A DNA stretch of 17,790 nt from Acidobacteriota bacterium (lineage in GTDB: Bacteria > Acidobacteriota > UBA6911 > JACQSX01). A model generated the notes under the pieces. The model worked only from the letters and a program-made list of their open reading frames with translations, searched no databases and was not told where the DNA came from. The stretch covers positions 1 through 17,790 of the forward strand of contig DASXQR010000054.1 in NCBI GenBank assembly GCA_036507075.1, in the 5' to 3' direction. Of the stretch, positions 5,545-15,085 are shown piece after piece; within the stretch, counting starts at the first letter, position 1, and each line of letters opens with the position of its first letter. The position numbers and the translations under genes are program-made.

Positions 5545-8190
5545 ATGCGCCTGATCGCTGGCAGCAGGCTTGGTCCATACGAAATACTAAATCGCGTTGG
5601 TGTGGGCGGGATGGGCGAAGTGTATCGCGCCAGGGACAGCAGGCTGAATCGAACTGTCGCCATTAAGGTTCTCCCGGCGGACCTTTCCCGTGATCCAGAG
5701 CGGCGCCAACGCTTCGAACGTGAAGCGCGCATCATTTCCAGTCTAAATCATCCTCATATTTGCACTCTGCACGACGTTGGCAACCAAAATGGCATCGATT
5801 ATCTCGTCATGGAGTATCTGGATGGCGAGACGTTGGCTTCTCGCCTGGCCAAGGGAGCTTTGTCCACTGATCAAGTACTTCGCTATGCCATTGAAATCGC
5901 GGATGCGTTGGATAGAGCACACCGGCAAGGGGTCGTGCATCGCGATTTGAAACCGGGCAATATTATGTTGGCTTCGTCCGGCTTGAAGCTTTTGGACTTT
6001 GGTCTGGCCAAGTTGAGGGAATCTCATCCGGTGCCGGTAGATTCTTCGACGGTGGCCACAGGACATGCGCCTTTAACAGCGCACGGCGCCATTTTAGGCA
6101 CGATTCAATACATGGCCCCGGAGCAACTGGAACAGAAGGAGACGGATACACGTGCGGATATCTTTGCTTTTGGCGCCGTGGTGTACGAGATGGCAACAGG
6201 GCGGAAAGCTTTTGAGGGAGAGAGCCAGGCGAGTTTGATTGCGGCGATTCTCGATTCGGACCCTCCATCGATGTCAACCCTTCGCCCCACGACTCCTCCA
6301 GTTCTCGATCATGTGGTAAGCAGATGTTTGGCCAAAGATCCAGAGGAACGCTGGTCGACTGCCCACGACGTTATGTTGCAGTTGAAATGGATTGCCGATG
6401 GCGCCTCGCAGGGAATACTTTCAGCGCCGGCCCTGGCCCGCGGAAAGAACCGAGAGTTTCTCGGTTGGGTGGCAGCATCACTTCTGCTTCTTTCGTTGCT
6501 CGCAGCCCTGGCTCTGGGAATAGTTCATTTCCGCGAAACCCGGGAGCAAATGAATCCCGTGCGGTTTGTTGTATTGCCGCCAGAGAAAGTGACATCCAGG
6601 TGGTCTGATGTACCTGTAATTTCACCGGACGGTCAGAAAATTGTCTCCGGCGGCTTGACAGTGGAGGGCAAAGATATGCTTTGGGTCCGCCCTCTTGATT
6701 CGTTAACCACCGAGCCGTTATCCGGGACTGAGGGGGCATCTTTCCCCTTTTGGTCGCCAAACAGTGATTCCATTGCATTTTTCGCACAAGGCAAGCTCAA
6801 GAAAATCGATACATCCGGAGGAACACCGCAAACGGTTTGTGACGCTCCGAATTGTTTAGGCGGTACATGGAATCGAGACGGGGTAATTGTGTTTGGAACC
6901 TGGGCAGGTCCGCTATATCGGGTGTCCGCCGGAGGGGGCGAAGCAATTCCGCTTACGACAGTGGATAAGACCCGCCAGGAGAGTTCTCACCGCTGGCCGC
7001 AGTTCTTACCCGACGGTCGTCATTTCCTTTTTTTTGCTCGAAGCGTACAGCCTGAGAAGAACGGGATCTATATTGGAGCGCTCGACTCCAAAGAGACGCG
7101 ATTCGTTTTGAACGTTGATTCAAATGCAAGATACGCCCCACCCGGCTATCTCCTATTCGCGCGAGGGGCGACGCTGATGGCTCAACCGTTTGACGTGAGG
7201 AAGCTGCAGATTGCGGCCGAACCAATTTACGTTGCCGAACCCGTGGGACGCCTGGAGCTTGGCAGCGGAGCGGCGTTCTCAGTTTCTGACAACGGCGCAC
7301 TGGCCTATCAGGAAAGTAGCGGCGCGACTGTACAGCTCGCTTGGTTTAGCCGCGAGGGTAAACGACTTGGGTCGATTGGCGATCCGGGTTTGTATCGCCA
7401 AATTGTTCTTTCACCGGATGAAAAGCGCGTGGCTGTCGAACGTTTCGATGTCAAGACCAGAAGTGCGAACATCTGGTTCCTCGAACTGTCAAGCGGGATT
7501 CTCTCTCGAATGACATTTAATCCTGCCGGTGATGCGGATCCAGTGTGGTCCCCCGACGGACGTCGGTTGGCTTTTACTTCGAACCGAAAAGGTAAGTTTG
7601 ACCTGCTTATGAAGGTCGTCGGCTCCTCCGATCAGGAAGTCTTGCTGGAATCGAATGACAACAAATTTCCAGAGGATTGGTCCAAAGACGGACGCTTTCT
7701 CGTCTATGGTCATCAACAAGGCAGGGCTGTGTCCGCGTTGCCGCTCTTTGGAGATCGAAAAGCGAAACTTTTGGTTCAAGCGGGCTCAGAGAAAGACGAG
7801 TTCCATTTCTCTCCTAATGGACGGTGGATCGCTTATGGCTCAAGCGAGTCAGGAAGGTGGGAGGTTTACATTGCCTCCTTCCCGGCGTTTGAGGCGAAAC
7901 GCCAGGTTTCCAGGGCCGGCGGTAGTCAGGCTATATGGAGAAAAGATGGAAATGAACTTTTCTACTTATCACTGGACGGAAAGCTGATGGCGGTGGAAAT
8001 TAAGTCGGATTCACCACTGGAAACGGGTGTTCCCAAGGTTCTGTTTCAAACAAGTCTGAGGACTAATCCCGTTTTAGACCAATACTGCGCAGCAGGAAAC
8101 GGTGCGAGGTTTCTAGTTATGGAACCTAAGGAAGAAACTGCTCGACGCTTCAACGTAGTACTGAACTGGACCGCGGCTTTGAAGCGGTAG
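5545..8190 (+). CDS. Hanks-type Ser/Thr protein kinase with TM segment and C-terminal TolB-like (PD40) beta-propeller repeats
   Basis: GVGGMGEVY, VAIK, HRDLKPGN, DFGLAK, GTIQYMAPE, DIFAFG; hydrophobic FLGWVAASLLLLSLLAALALGIVHF; repeated ISPDG/WSPN/FLPDG/LSPDE/WSPDG/WSKDG/FSPNG. Confidence 0.96.
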   Translation: MRLIAGSRLGPYEILNRVGVGGMGEVYRARDSRLNRTVAIKVLPADLSRDPERRQRFEREARIISSLNHPHICTLHDVGNQNGIDYLVMEYLDGETLASRLAKGALSTDQVLRYAIEIADALDRAHRQGVVHRDLKPGNIMLASSGLKLLDFGLAKLRESHPVPVDSSTVATGHAPLTAHGAILGTIQYMAPEQLEQKETDTRADIFAFGAVVYEMATGRKAFEGESQASLIAAILDSDPPSMSTLRPTTPPVLDHVVSRCLAKDPEERWSTAHDVMLQLKWIADGASQGILSAPALARGKNREFLGWVAASLLLLSLLAALALGIVHFRETREQMNPVRFVVLPPEKVTSRWSDVPVISPDGQKIVSGGLTVEGKDMLWVRPLDSLTTEPLSGTEGASFPFWSPNSDSIAFFAQGKLKKIDTSGGTPQTVCDAPNCLGGTWNRDGVIVFGTWAGPLYRVSAGGGEAIPLTTVDKTRQESSHRWPQFLPDGRHFLFFARSVQPEKNGIYIGALDSKETRFVLNVDSNARYAPPGYLLFARGATLMAQPFDVRKLQIAAEPIYVAEPVGRLELGSGAAFSVSDNGALAYQESSGATVQLAWFSREGKRLGSIGDPGLYRQIVLSPDEKRVAVERFDVKTRSANIWFLELSSGILSRMTFNPAGDADPVWSPDGRRLAFTSNRKGKFDLLMKVVGSSDQEVLLESNDNKFPEDWSKDGRFLVYGHQQGRAVSALPLFGDRKAKLLVQAGSEKDEFHFSPNGRWIAYGSSESGRWEVYIASFPAFEAKRQVSRAGGSQAIWRKDGNELFYLSLDGKLMAVEIKSDSPLETGVPKVLFQTSLRTNPVLDQYCAAGNGARFLVMEPKEETARRFNVVLNWTAALKR

Positions 8191-8215
8191 TCTAGGATCC
8201 TCTACGAAATCACCC

Positions 8216-9334
8216 TTGGAAGACTGGAAGCTGATCATTAATCGCGCCCCGGTAAGAGCTCAGAAATCCGGGGTGGCCTACTACGTCGAATCTCTCATCC
8301 AAGCCCTGCGCCAGAGCCCCGTCAGGAAGCGAGTCATATATCACGATTTCGGCTTCGATATCGCCCCGGCGTTGAAGACGGCGGCAATTTCACTGCTGGG
8401 CGTTGACCTTTATTCGCATTTCAAAACAGGACAATATCGACGCTCTCTTCGCAGAATTCTGTCCCAGGGAGGCAATGGAAGAGTGATCTACCATGAAACC
8501 AACAATGTTCCGGCCGCGGAAATCACGGTTCCGTACCTCACCACGCTTCAGGATCTCTCGGTCTTCGAGTTCCCGCAGTATCATCCCGACTATCGAGTGC
8601 GCTTCTTCGAAGAGAATTTCCACCGCACGCTGCAGAGTCGTTGGATTGTGGTTCCTTCAGAGGCGACCCGGCGGGATCTGGTTCGTTCTTTCAGCGTCCC
8701 GGCTGAAATGATCAGAGTCGTTCCGCATGGGCGGAATCCGTTTTACCAGCCAATCGACCCTGACTGCGCGAGAACGATGGCCCGCCGCTACACGCAGCGG
8801 CCTTTTATCCTCTACGCCGGCATCATTGAGCCGAGAAAGAATCTTTCCAATCTGATCCTCGCTTTTGAGCGGGTTAATAAGAAACGAGACCTGGATCTTG
8901 TGATGGCGGGCGGTTATGGTTGGCTCTGCAAGGACGTTTTGCGATTGCCTGCGCGTCTCGGTCTGAAGAATGTCCGTTTCACCGGGTACGTGCCCGAGGC
9001 GGACTTGCGCGCTCTCTACAATGCAGCCGAAATCTTTGTTTATCCGTCCCTGCTGGAGGGATTCGGCCTGCCTCCCATCGAAGCGATGTCCTGCGGGCTG
9101 CCTTCGATACTCTCGCGAACCTCATCGCTTCCAGAAGTGGGAGCAGACGCCGCGCTCTATGTGGATCCCGCTTCAGTCGAAGAGATGGCGCAAGCCATGC
9201 TGAATCTTCTGGACGATATTCCCTTGCGAGAAACGCTGAGAGCCCGCGGGCTGGAACGCTGTCGCATGTTTGACTGGAACCGGACGGCCTCACAGATGAT
9301 AGATATCTATCAAGAGCTCGCGGCGGAGTGTTGA
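8216..9334 (+). CDS. Glycosyltransferase family 4 (MtfB/WbpY-like)
   Basis: GIIEPRKNL, FTGYVPEADLRALY, FVYPSLLEGFGLPPIEAMSCG (EX7E), SSLPEVG. TTG start uncertain. Confidence 0.93.
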   Translation: MEDWKLIINRAPVRAQKSGVAYYVESLIQALRQSPVRKRVIYHDFGFDIAPALKTAAISLLGVDLYSHFKTGQYRRSLRRILSQGGNGRVIYHETNNVPAAEITVPYLTTLQDLSVFEFPQYHPDYRVRFFEENFHRTLQSRWIVVPSEATRRDLVRSFSVPAEMIRVVPHGRNPFYQPIDPDCARTMARRYTQRPFILYAGIIEPRKNLSNLILAFERVNKKRDLDLVMAGGYGWLCKDVLRLPARLGLKNVRFTGYVPEADLRALYNAAEIFVYPSLLEGFGLPPIEAMSCGLPSILSRTSSLPEVGADAALYVDPASVEEMAQAMLNLLDDIPLRETLRARGLERCRMFDWNRTASQMIDIYQELAAEC

Positions 9335-9470
9335 GCGACACCTCCGGAAGCGATCAGGATGATCAGGGGATCGAACTCGTTCTGGAATCGAGGCGCGAAG
9401 ATGGTCAGCGGGTGAAACAAAGCCCCCGTGATCAGGAGAAATGCTAACGGCAAGCTGTCGCCGGATCTGC
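9310..9470 (-). pseudogene. Possible C-terminal remnant of a polytopic membrane protein (ArnT/GT39-like)
   Basis: An open minus-strand frame with no convincing start reads ...SLPLAFLLITGALFHPLTIFAPRFQNEFDPLIILIASGG..., a helix-'PRF'-helix pattern reminiscent of GT-C proteins. Family call is inference. Confidence 0.3.
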
Positions 9471-9536
9471 CAATTGTAGTATTGTTAGACGAACTCTCGC
9501 ATTAGTCGATTTTCTGGACCACCTGAGGCAGCGTTG

Positions 9537-10715
9537 ATGCTTGAGAAGAGCTATCCTGGCAGCTCGGTTGAAGACCTCGCCCGCAGGATTGAAACGAAAA
9601 TCGCGAAGAGCGCCGCCGCTCCCTTTCGGGCAGTTAACGAATCCACGGACTGGAATGAGCTGGCGGCGCTTTTTCGCGCCGCATCTCAGAACGCAAATAT
9701 AGGCACGCCTCCTCCGCTGCTGCGCTGGTCAGGCTGGCGGCGAAGTGTCGCGAGCGCGACGGCAAGGGTGTTGTTGTTCCTGCTTCGCTTTGCGACCGGT
9801 CCACAACGCCACTATAACCTGGCCGTGCTGGAGATCTTGAGAATCCAGGCGGACTCCGTGCGAAAGTTGGAGCAGAAAACCGCGGGATTGAAGTCGGAAG
9901 CGCTGGAGTGCGACAGGAAGATTGAAATACTGGAAACCAGCCTTCAGAGATTGAAAGCGGATCGCATCATCGGTGAACGACGCGCGCGTTCAGTAAGCGA
10001 CGCGACTCCTGCGCCGCTGATTTCTCATGTCCCACCTCCCCTGTTGGATCCCGATGGAATAGACGACCGGTTCTATGCGCTGCTGCAGGACGAGTTTCGT
10101 GGGTCCCGGGAGGACATCAAGTCCAGGCTGGAAGGCTATCTCCCTTTGCTGCAGCGGTCGCCGATCGATCCTGCTTCGCCCGTAATTGAGATCGGGTCGG
10201 GCCGGGGCGAATGGCTGGAGCTTTTGGCTGGACGTGGAATTTCGGCGGCTGGCGTGGATCAAAATTCTGTCTTCGTCGGCGACTGCAAGGCGCGCGGATT
10301 GAATATCACGCAGGCCGATGCGGTCCTTCATCTGCGCTCGCTTGCCGACGCGAGCGCCGCCGCCGTGTGTGGTTTCCACGTACTCGAGCACATGGCATTT
10401 TCTTCGATTATGGATCTGCTGGCCGAGACGGTGCGCGTGTTGAAGCCGGGTGGTGTGGCCATCTTTGAAACGCCCAATCCTCAGAATCTGCTGGTTGGCA
10501 GTTGGCGCTTCTATCTGGATCCCACACACCTGCGCCCGTTGCCCAGCCCGCTGCTCAAATTGCTGCTGCAGAATTGTGGCTTGGCCCGCGTCGAGGTTAA
10601 GCCGCTGCACCCTTTTCCTGATTATGAAAATCTGTGCGCCCAGGCCCCCGATGACCCGCTGGTAGATCTGCTGCATGGTTGTCAGGATTACGCCGTGATC
10701 GGGTGGAGACCTTAG
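9537..10715 (+). CDS. Class I SAM-dependent methyltransferase with N-terminal coiled-coil region, glycan-cluster associated
   Basis: FRGSREDIK, VIEIGSGRGEWL (motif I), GFHVLEH, RVLKPGG, ETPNP, FYLDPTH, QDYAVIG. Confidence 0.92.
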   Translation: MLEKSYPGSSVEDLARRIETKIAKSAAAPFRAVNESTDWNELAALFRAASQNANIGTPPPLLRWSGWRRSVASATARVLLFLLRFATGPQRHYNLAVLEILRIQADSVRKLEQKTAGLKSEALECDRKIEILETSLQRLKADRIIGERRARSVSDATPAPLISHVPPPLLDPDGIDDRFYALLQDEFRGSREDIKSRLEGYLPLLQRSPIDPASPVIEIGSGRGEWLELLAGRGISAAGVDQNSVFVGDCKARGLNITQADAVLHLRSLADASAAAVCGFHVLEHMAFSSIMDLLAETVRVLKPGGVAIFETPNPQNLLVGSWRFYLDPTHLRPLPSPLLKLLLQNCGLARVEVKPLHPFPDYENLCAQAPDDPLVDLLHGCQDYAVIGWRP

Positions 10716-10717
10716 GG

Positions 10718-11764
10718 ATGAGGGTCGTGATCGCCACTGTGCAGGTGCCATTCGTGCGCGGCGGCGCGGAGCTTCTGGCAAAGAGCCTGAGGGATGCTTT
10801 GCATGAAGCAGGGCATGAGGTTGAGATCGCCGCGATTCCGTTCAAATGGTATCCGCCGGAAGTTGTGCTGGACCACATGCTCGCCTGTCGCCTCCTTGAT
10901 CTGACCGAATCGGGAGGCTGCACGGTAGACCGGATCATTGCATTGAAATTTCCCGCTTACCTGGTCCGTCATCCGAATAAAATTCTTTGGATCGCACACC
11001 AGCATAAGGATGCCTATGAACTGTGGGACGATCCTGCGGGCGATCTGGCGCGCCATCCGAATGGAGTCCAGGTGCGCCGCGCAATTCGCGAAGCGGACCG
11101 GCAGCTCATCCCGCAGGCGAAGCGTGTTTTTGCCATCTCCCGGACAGTGGCTGCGCGTCTGAAAAAGTTCTGCTGTTTCGATGCTGCGGTGTTATATCCA
11201 CCGCCGCCGAATGCGGCTCAATTTTATTCGGCAGAGCAGCAGGGATATTTTCTCTGCCCGGGCCGGCTGGGCGCAATCAAACGACAGATGCTCATTCTTG
11301 AAGCGCTGGCGCGGACGCGCCGGCCTGTAGCGGTTCGTTTTTCCGGCGCCGCCGAAGATTCCCGCTACGCGGAAGAGTTGCAGCTTGCGGCCCGCCGGCT
11401 GAAGCTGGAGAAGCGCGTAAAATGGCTGGGATTTCTCACAGAATCCGAGCTTCGCGGGCAATATGCCCATGCAATCGCGGTTTTGTATCCGCCGTTCAAT
11501 GAGGACTACGGATACGTAACGCTGGAAGCGATGCTCTCATCCAAACCGGTGATTACCTGCCGTGACTCCGGCGGCCCGCTGGAATTCGTGACGGACAATC
11601 AGACCGGAATAGTGTGCGAACCGACACCCGAGAGCGTCGCCTCGGCAATGGACCGGCTCTGGGATGACACGAGCTGCGCGCACACCTTGGGGAAGGCCGG
11701 CCGTGACAAGTATGAAAGCCTCGGAATCGAATGGCCGAAGGTAATCAAGGCCCTTCTCGCATGA
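10718..11764 (+). CDS. Glycosyltransferase family 4
   Basis: QVPFVRGGAE, LKFPAY, GRLGAIKRQ, YPPFNEDYGYVTLEAMLSSKPVITCRDSGGPLEFV. ATG 2 nt after the upstream stop. Confidence 0.94.
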   Translation: MRVVIATVQVPFVRGGAELLAKSLRDALHEAGHEVEIAAIPFKWYPPEVVLDHMLACRLLDLTESGGCTVDRIIALKFPAYLVRHPNKILWIAHQHKDAYELWDDPAGDLARHPNGVQVRRAIREADRQLIPQAKRVFAISRTVAARLKKFCCFDAAVLYPPPPNAAQFYSAEQQGYFLCPGRLGAIKRQMLILEALARTRRPVAVRFSGAAEDSRYAEELQLAARRLKLEKRVKWLGFLTESELRGQYAHAIAVLYPPFNEDYGYVTLEAMLSSKPVITCRDSGGPLEFVTDNQTGIVCEPTPESVASAMDRLWDDTSCAHTLGKAGRDKYESLGIEWPKVIKALLA

Positions 11765-13845
11765 AGCTCCACTGGTTTTCACCCCTTCCGCCCGCCAAGA
11801 CTTCCATCGCGGAATACAGCGCTCGTCTTCTGGAGGACCTCGGCGACTCATTCGAGCTCGTTTTGTGGACCGAACAGCGGGCATGGGACCGGGAGATGCG
11901 CCGATTTGGCGAGGTGCGCCGCTGCGAGCCTGACGCGATGCCATGGCGGGATTTGAATAGAGATGGAACGTGCATTTACCATATCGGAAACAGTCATTTT
12001 TTCCATAGCCGGATCTGGGAGACGAGCCGGAGACATGGCGGGATCGTGGTTCTGCACGACTTGCGCCTGCAGGATCTTTTCTACAACTATTATCTTCACG
12101 TGCGTCGAAATTCTCAGGAATACGTGGACGTGATGGCACGCTTCTATGGAAGGGAAGGGAAAAAAGCGGCGGAAGGTCTTTGCAATGGCCTCCTCGGCAT
12201 TGACTTCGTTTCGGAGCGGTTTCCGCTCACCGAGTGGGGGCTCAAAGGTGCGCTGGCGGTGCTGGTTCACAGCCGGGAAGCATATGATGCCGTCGGTAAT
12301 ATGAATTTATGCCCGGTCGCGTTCGCGCCTCTTCCTTATATTTTCAAAACAGCAGACCGCCCCGCGCGTGACCGGTTCGAAAAATCCGGGACTCAAAGAG
12401 TATTCCGTTTGATCATCTTTGGTCATTTGAACCGGACACGTCGCCTGGAAGTTTTGCTTGAGGCGCTCGCCGCTTTTAGATTCAAAGACCGGGTGCGGCT
12501 CGACATTTATGGACAAACGCCGAACGCAGAAGATCTGCGCAGCCGGATTCGACGGCGGGACCTTGAAGGAATCGTAAGGAACCATGGTTTTGTGAGTGAA
12601 GACGCATTAACCAAGGCTCTCGACTCCGCGGACCTGGCCGTGAACTTGCGATATCCGTCGATGGGGGAGGCATCGCAGACCCAACTGCGGATCTGGGCGC
12701 ATGGGCTGCCGAGCCTCGTCACGAGGACGGGCTGGTACGCGACGCTGCCTGAAGATACGGTGGCGTTTGTCCGGCCGGACCATGAGGTGGCTGATATTCA
12801 GGCGCACCTGGAAAGATTGGTGCAGCGACCGGAGAGTTTCGCTTCTATGGGTGAGAGGGGAGCGCGCTATCTGGAAGCAAGACACGAGCCCCAGTCCTGC
12901 GTAAGCGCGCTGATCGACTTGGTTTCCGGAGTCGAGGATTATCGCGCGCGCGGGGCGGCGTTTCGCGTGGCGGACCGGGCGGCCGATGAAATAGGAATCT
13001 GGGACGATGGTTTGGCGGCGGCCGGGCCGGCATTGCGCGTCGCTCAAGAGATTAGCGCGCTGTGGCAGTTGCCTGAGCGCTGCGGCGAGGTGTCACGGGC
13101 CGCGGTCAGCGGAAGCATTCGATCAGAACAAAGATCCGAACGCATGGATGAACGGCTCCTGGAGCCGATGCATGATTACCGGGTTAAGCAACTGGTGGAG
13201 GAGGTAAATCGCTCGGGGGGCGCATATCACAAGATTTATTTTGACGGCGGTCTGGCGATCGAGGGTGAATACGACATGTCAAAGTATCTGCCCCACTATG
13301 CGATACCGGTGGATCTGGACGGGCGGGCTGTTCTTGACATCGGGACTGCGACCGGATTTTTCGCCTTTGAATGCGCGCGCCGCGGGGCCGCCGTCACGGC
13401 GATCGATCTCTGGGATGGCGTTCTGTTCAATCAGGTCAAAGACGCTCTCGGCTTGTCTGCGCGCTATATCCGCAAGAGTATAGAAGACCTTGACGAAGAA
13501 TTCGGAAAGTTCGACCTGGTTCTTTGCGGGTCTCTGCTTTTGCATCTGCGCGACATTTTTGGCGCGCTTGAGCGGATATATAGCGTGTGCGCAGGCAAAG
13601 CGATTTTGGCGACTTCGTATTTAGACCTGCCCGGCGAGAGCCACTGTGATTTTGTGGGAGAGAAAGTGTCTTGTGAAACCGGAGATTACTGGGTCTACTG
13701 GAACCCGACTCCGGGCGCCCTCCGGAAAATGCTGCTGGCTGCCGGCTTCAGAACGGTAAAGGAAGCCGGCCGATTCAATCTGCAATCGGAGGCAGGGAGA
13801 AACAACCACTTTACTCCTCACATCGTGTTTCATGCGGAGATCTAG
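11761..13845 (+). CDS. GT4 glycosyltransferase fused to a C-terminal class I SAM methyltransferase (CmoB/DUF1698-like)
   Basis: N-part: [41 protein letters not shown]-part: [44 protein letters not shown] overlap with the previous stop; one uninterrupted frame. Confidence 0.88.
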   Translation: MKLHWFSPLPPAKTSIAEYSARLLEDLGDSFELVLWTEQRAWDREMRRFGEVRRCEPDAMPWRDLNRDGTCIYHIGNSHFFHSRIWETSRRHGGIVVLHDLRLQDLFYNYYLHVRRNSQEYVDVMARFYGREGKKAAEGLCNGLLGIDFVSERFPLTEWGLKGALAVLVHSREAYDAVGNMNLCPVAFAPLPYIFKTADRPARDRFEKSGTQRVFRLIIFGHLNRTRRLEVLLEALAAFRFKDRVRLDIYGQTPNAEDLRSRIRRRDLEGIVRNHGFVSEDALTKALDSADLAVNLRYPSMGEASQTQLRIWAHGLPSLVTRTGWYATLPEDTVAFVRPDHEVADIQAHLERLVQRPESFASMGERGARYLEARHEPQSCVSALIDLVSGVEDYRARGAAFRVADRAADEIGIWDDGLAAAGPALRVAQEISALWQLPERCGEVSRAAVSGSIRSEQRSERMDERLLEPMHDYRVKQLVEEVNRSGGAYHKIYFDGGLAIEGEYDMSKYLPHYAIPVDLDGRAVLDIGTATGFFAFECARRGAAVTAIDLWDGVLFNQVKDALGLSARYIRKSIEDLDEEFGKFDLVLCGSLLLHLRDIFGALERIYSVCAGKAILATSYLDLPGESHCDFVGEKVSCETGDYWVYWNPTPGALRKMLLAAGFRTVKEAGRFNLQSEAGRNNHFTPHIVFHAEI

Positions 13846-14323
13846 CAGGGATTGGACTTAATCAGCAGAGCAGTTCCAAAATGAGCGACAACCAGACCCG
13901 CGAAGGCTCCCAACAATGACAACAGAAGGCTCTCGGTCAGCGTCTGAGCGATCAGGCGGCCCCGCGCGGCACCAAGCGCGCCGCGGATGGCCATCTCGCG
14001 CCTGCGCGATTCCGCGCGAGAAAGCAGCAGGCTTGCGATGTTGGCGCAAGCAAGCAGAAAAACCAACCCAACGGCGCCCAGAAGCAGCAACATGGCGGGC
14101 CGAACCTCTCGCGTGAGGTGATCCTGAAGCCGCGCGACGGCTACACTCATATTCTTGTTGGTTCCCGGATACTGCCGCGCCAGCCTCGCGCCGATCGTAT
14201 TCATGTGGTTACGGGCTTGCGTGAGAGTGATTCCCGTCTTAAGGCGGGCGATTCGGCGACGTCATTCGATCCACGAACAGTTCCATTGAAAACTCCTCCC
14301 GCCCAAAGATCAGCGTCGGGTAT
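13842..14323 (-). pseudogene. Internal fragment of a MacB/FtsX-type (ADOP-like) ABC permease, frameshifted
   Basis: [29 protein letters not shown]...[57 protein letters not shown]. The upstream piece PDADLW...RGSNDVA is in a different frame (shift near 14251). Both ends of the normally much longer protein are missing. Confidence 0.88.
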
Positions 14324-14400
14324 CCACCGGGGCCCCATTACTTGCGGCCTCTCGAGCAGGTATTCCGTCCCTCTTTGTTCTCGTTAGGCATCGCTGTATT

Positions 14401-14430
14401 TTGACATAACTTCCATTCCATGGTAAATAC
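14401..14430 (+). promoter_or_regulatory. Promoter/operator of the TA operon
   Basis: TTGACA (14401-14406), 17 nt, TAAATA preceded by TGG. The spacer holds TTCCA TTCCA TGGTA, including the near-palindrome TTCCATGGTAA. Confidence 0.55.
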
Positions 14431-14436
14431 GTTCAT

Positions 14437-14694
14437 TTGTGGAGTGTTAAGACGATTATGGCAAAACTGGAGAAAGGTGGCAGGATTGTCATTCCTGCCG
14501 AATATCGAAAGGCTTTGGGATTGGAGTCTGAGGATGAAGTCACTCTAATTATGGAAGAGGACGGCCTTCGGCTGCTCTCTGCCGATCAGGCCGTGCGCCG
14601 GGCTCAAAGCCTGGTCCGCCGGTACGTACCAAAGGGGAGGAAACTTTCCAGCGAGTTGATTCAGCAGCGCCGTAAAGAGGCAAAGCGTGAGTAG
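14437..14694 (+). CDS. AbrB/MazE/SpoVT-family antitoxin (VapB-like)
   Basis: KLEKGGRIVIPAEYRKALGLESEDEV...LSSELIQQRRKEA; overlaps a PIN gene by 8 nt. Start is TTG 14437 or ATG 14458. Confidence 0.9.
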   Translation: MWSVKTIMAKLEKGGRIVIPAEYRKALGLESEDEVTLIMEEDGLRLLSADQAVRRAQSLVRRYVPKGRKLSSELIQQRRKEAKRE

Positions 14695-15085
14695 TCGAAT
14701 AGTACTGGATGCTTCGGCCCTCCTGGCTCTTTTGAATTCTGAAGAGGGAAGTGAGACGGTCAGCAAGATGCTCCCGGGCTCTGCTCTTAGTGCGGTCAAC
14801 CTCTGTGAAGTTGTTGGGAAGTTGACAGAGGCTGGAATGCCGGAAGAACCCATTCGAGCTGCCCTTGCCAGTCTCGGGCTGGAGATTCACGCGTTCGACG
14901 AAGAAAATGCCTACGCCGCTGGTTTGTTGCGTAAGAGGACCAAAATGTTTGGTCTATCGCTGGGGGATCGAGCCTGCATTGCTTTGGCCCTGCACCTGTC
15001 CGTCGACGTACTTACAGCCGATCACGATTGGAAGAAGCTAAAACTGCCGGTAAAAGTACAAACCATCCGCCGAAGCCGATGCTAG
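14687..15085 (+). CDS. vapC: VapC-family PIN-domain toxin
   Basis: IVLDASALLA, SAVNLCEV, GLSLGDRACIALA, VLTAD; the four PIN acidic residues are present. Confidence 0.93.
   Translation: MSSRIVLDASALLALLNSEEGSETVSKMLPGSALSAVNLCEVVGKLTEAGMPEEPIRAALASLGLEIHAFDEENAYAAGLLRKRTKMFGLSLGDRACIALALHLSVDVLTADHDWKKLKLPVKVQTIRRSRC

Noticed and set aside
14335..14389. GTTAGGC at 14383-14389 before the TA pair as a second attC
   Set aside because: There is no matching RYYYAAC or properly placed L boxes; only a weak TACTTGC/GCAGGTA stem lies upstream.
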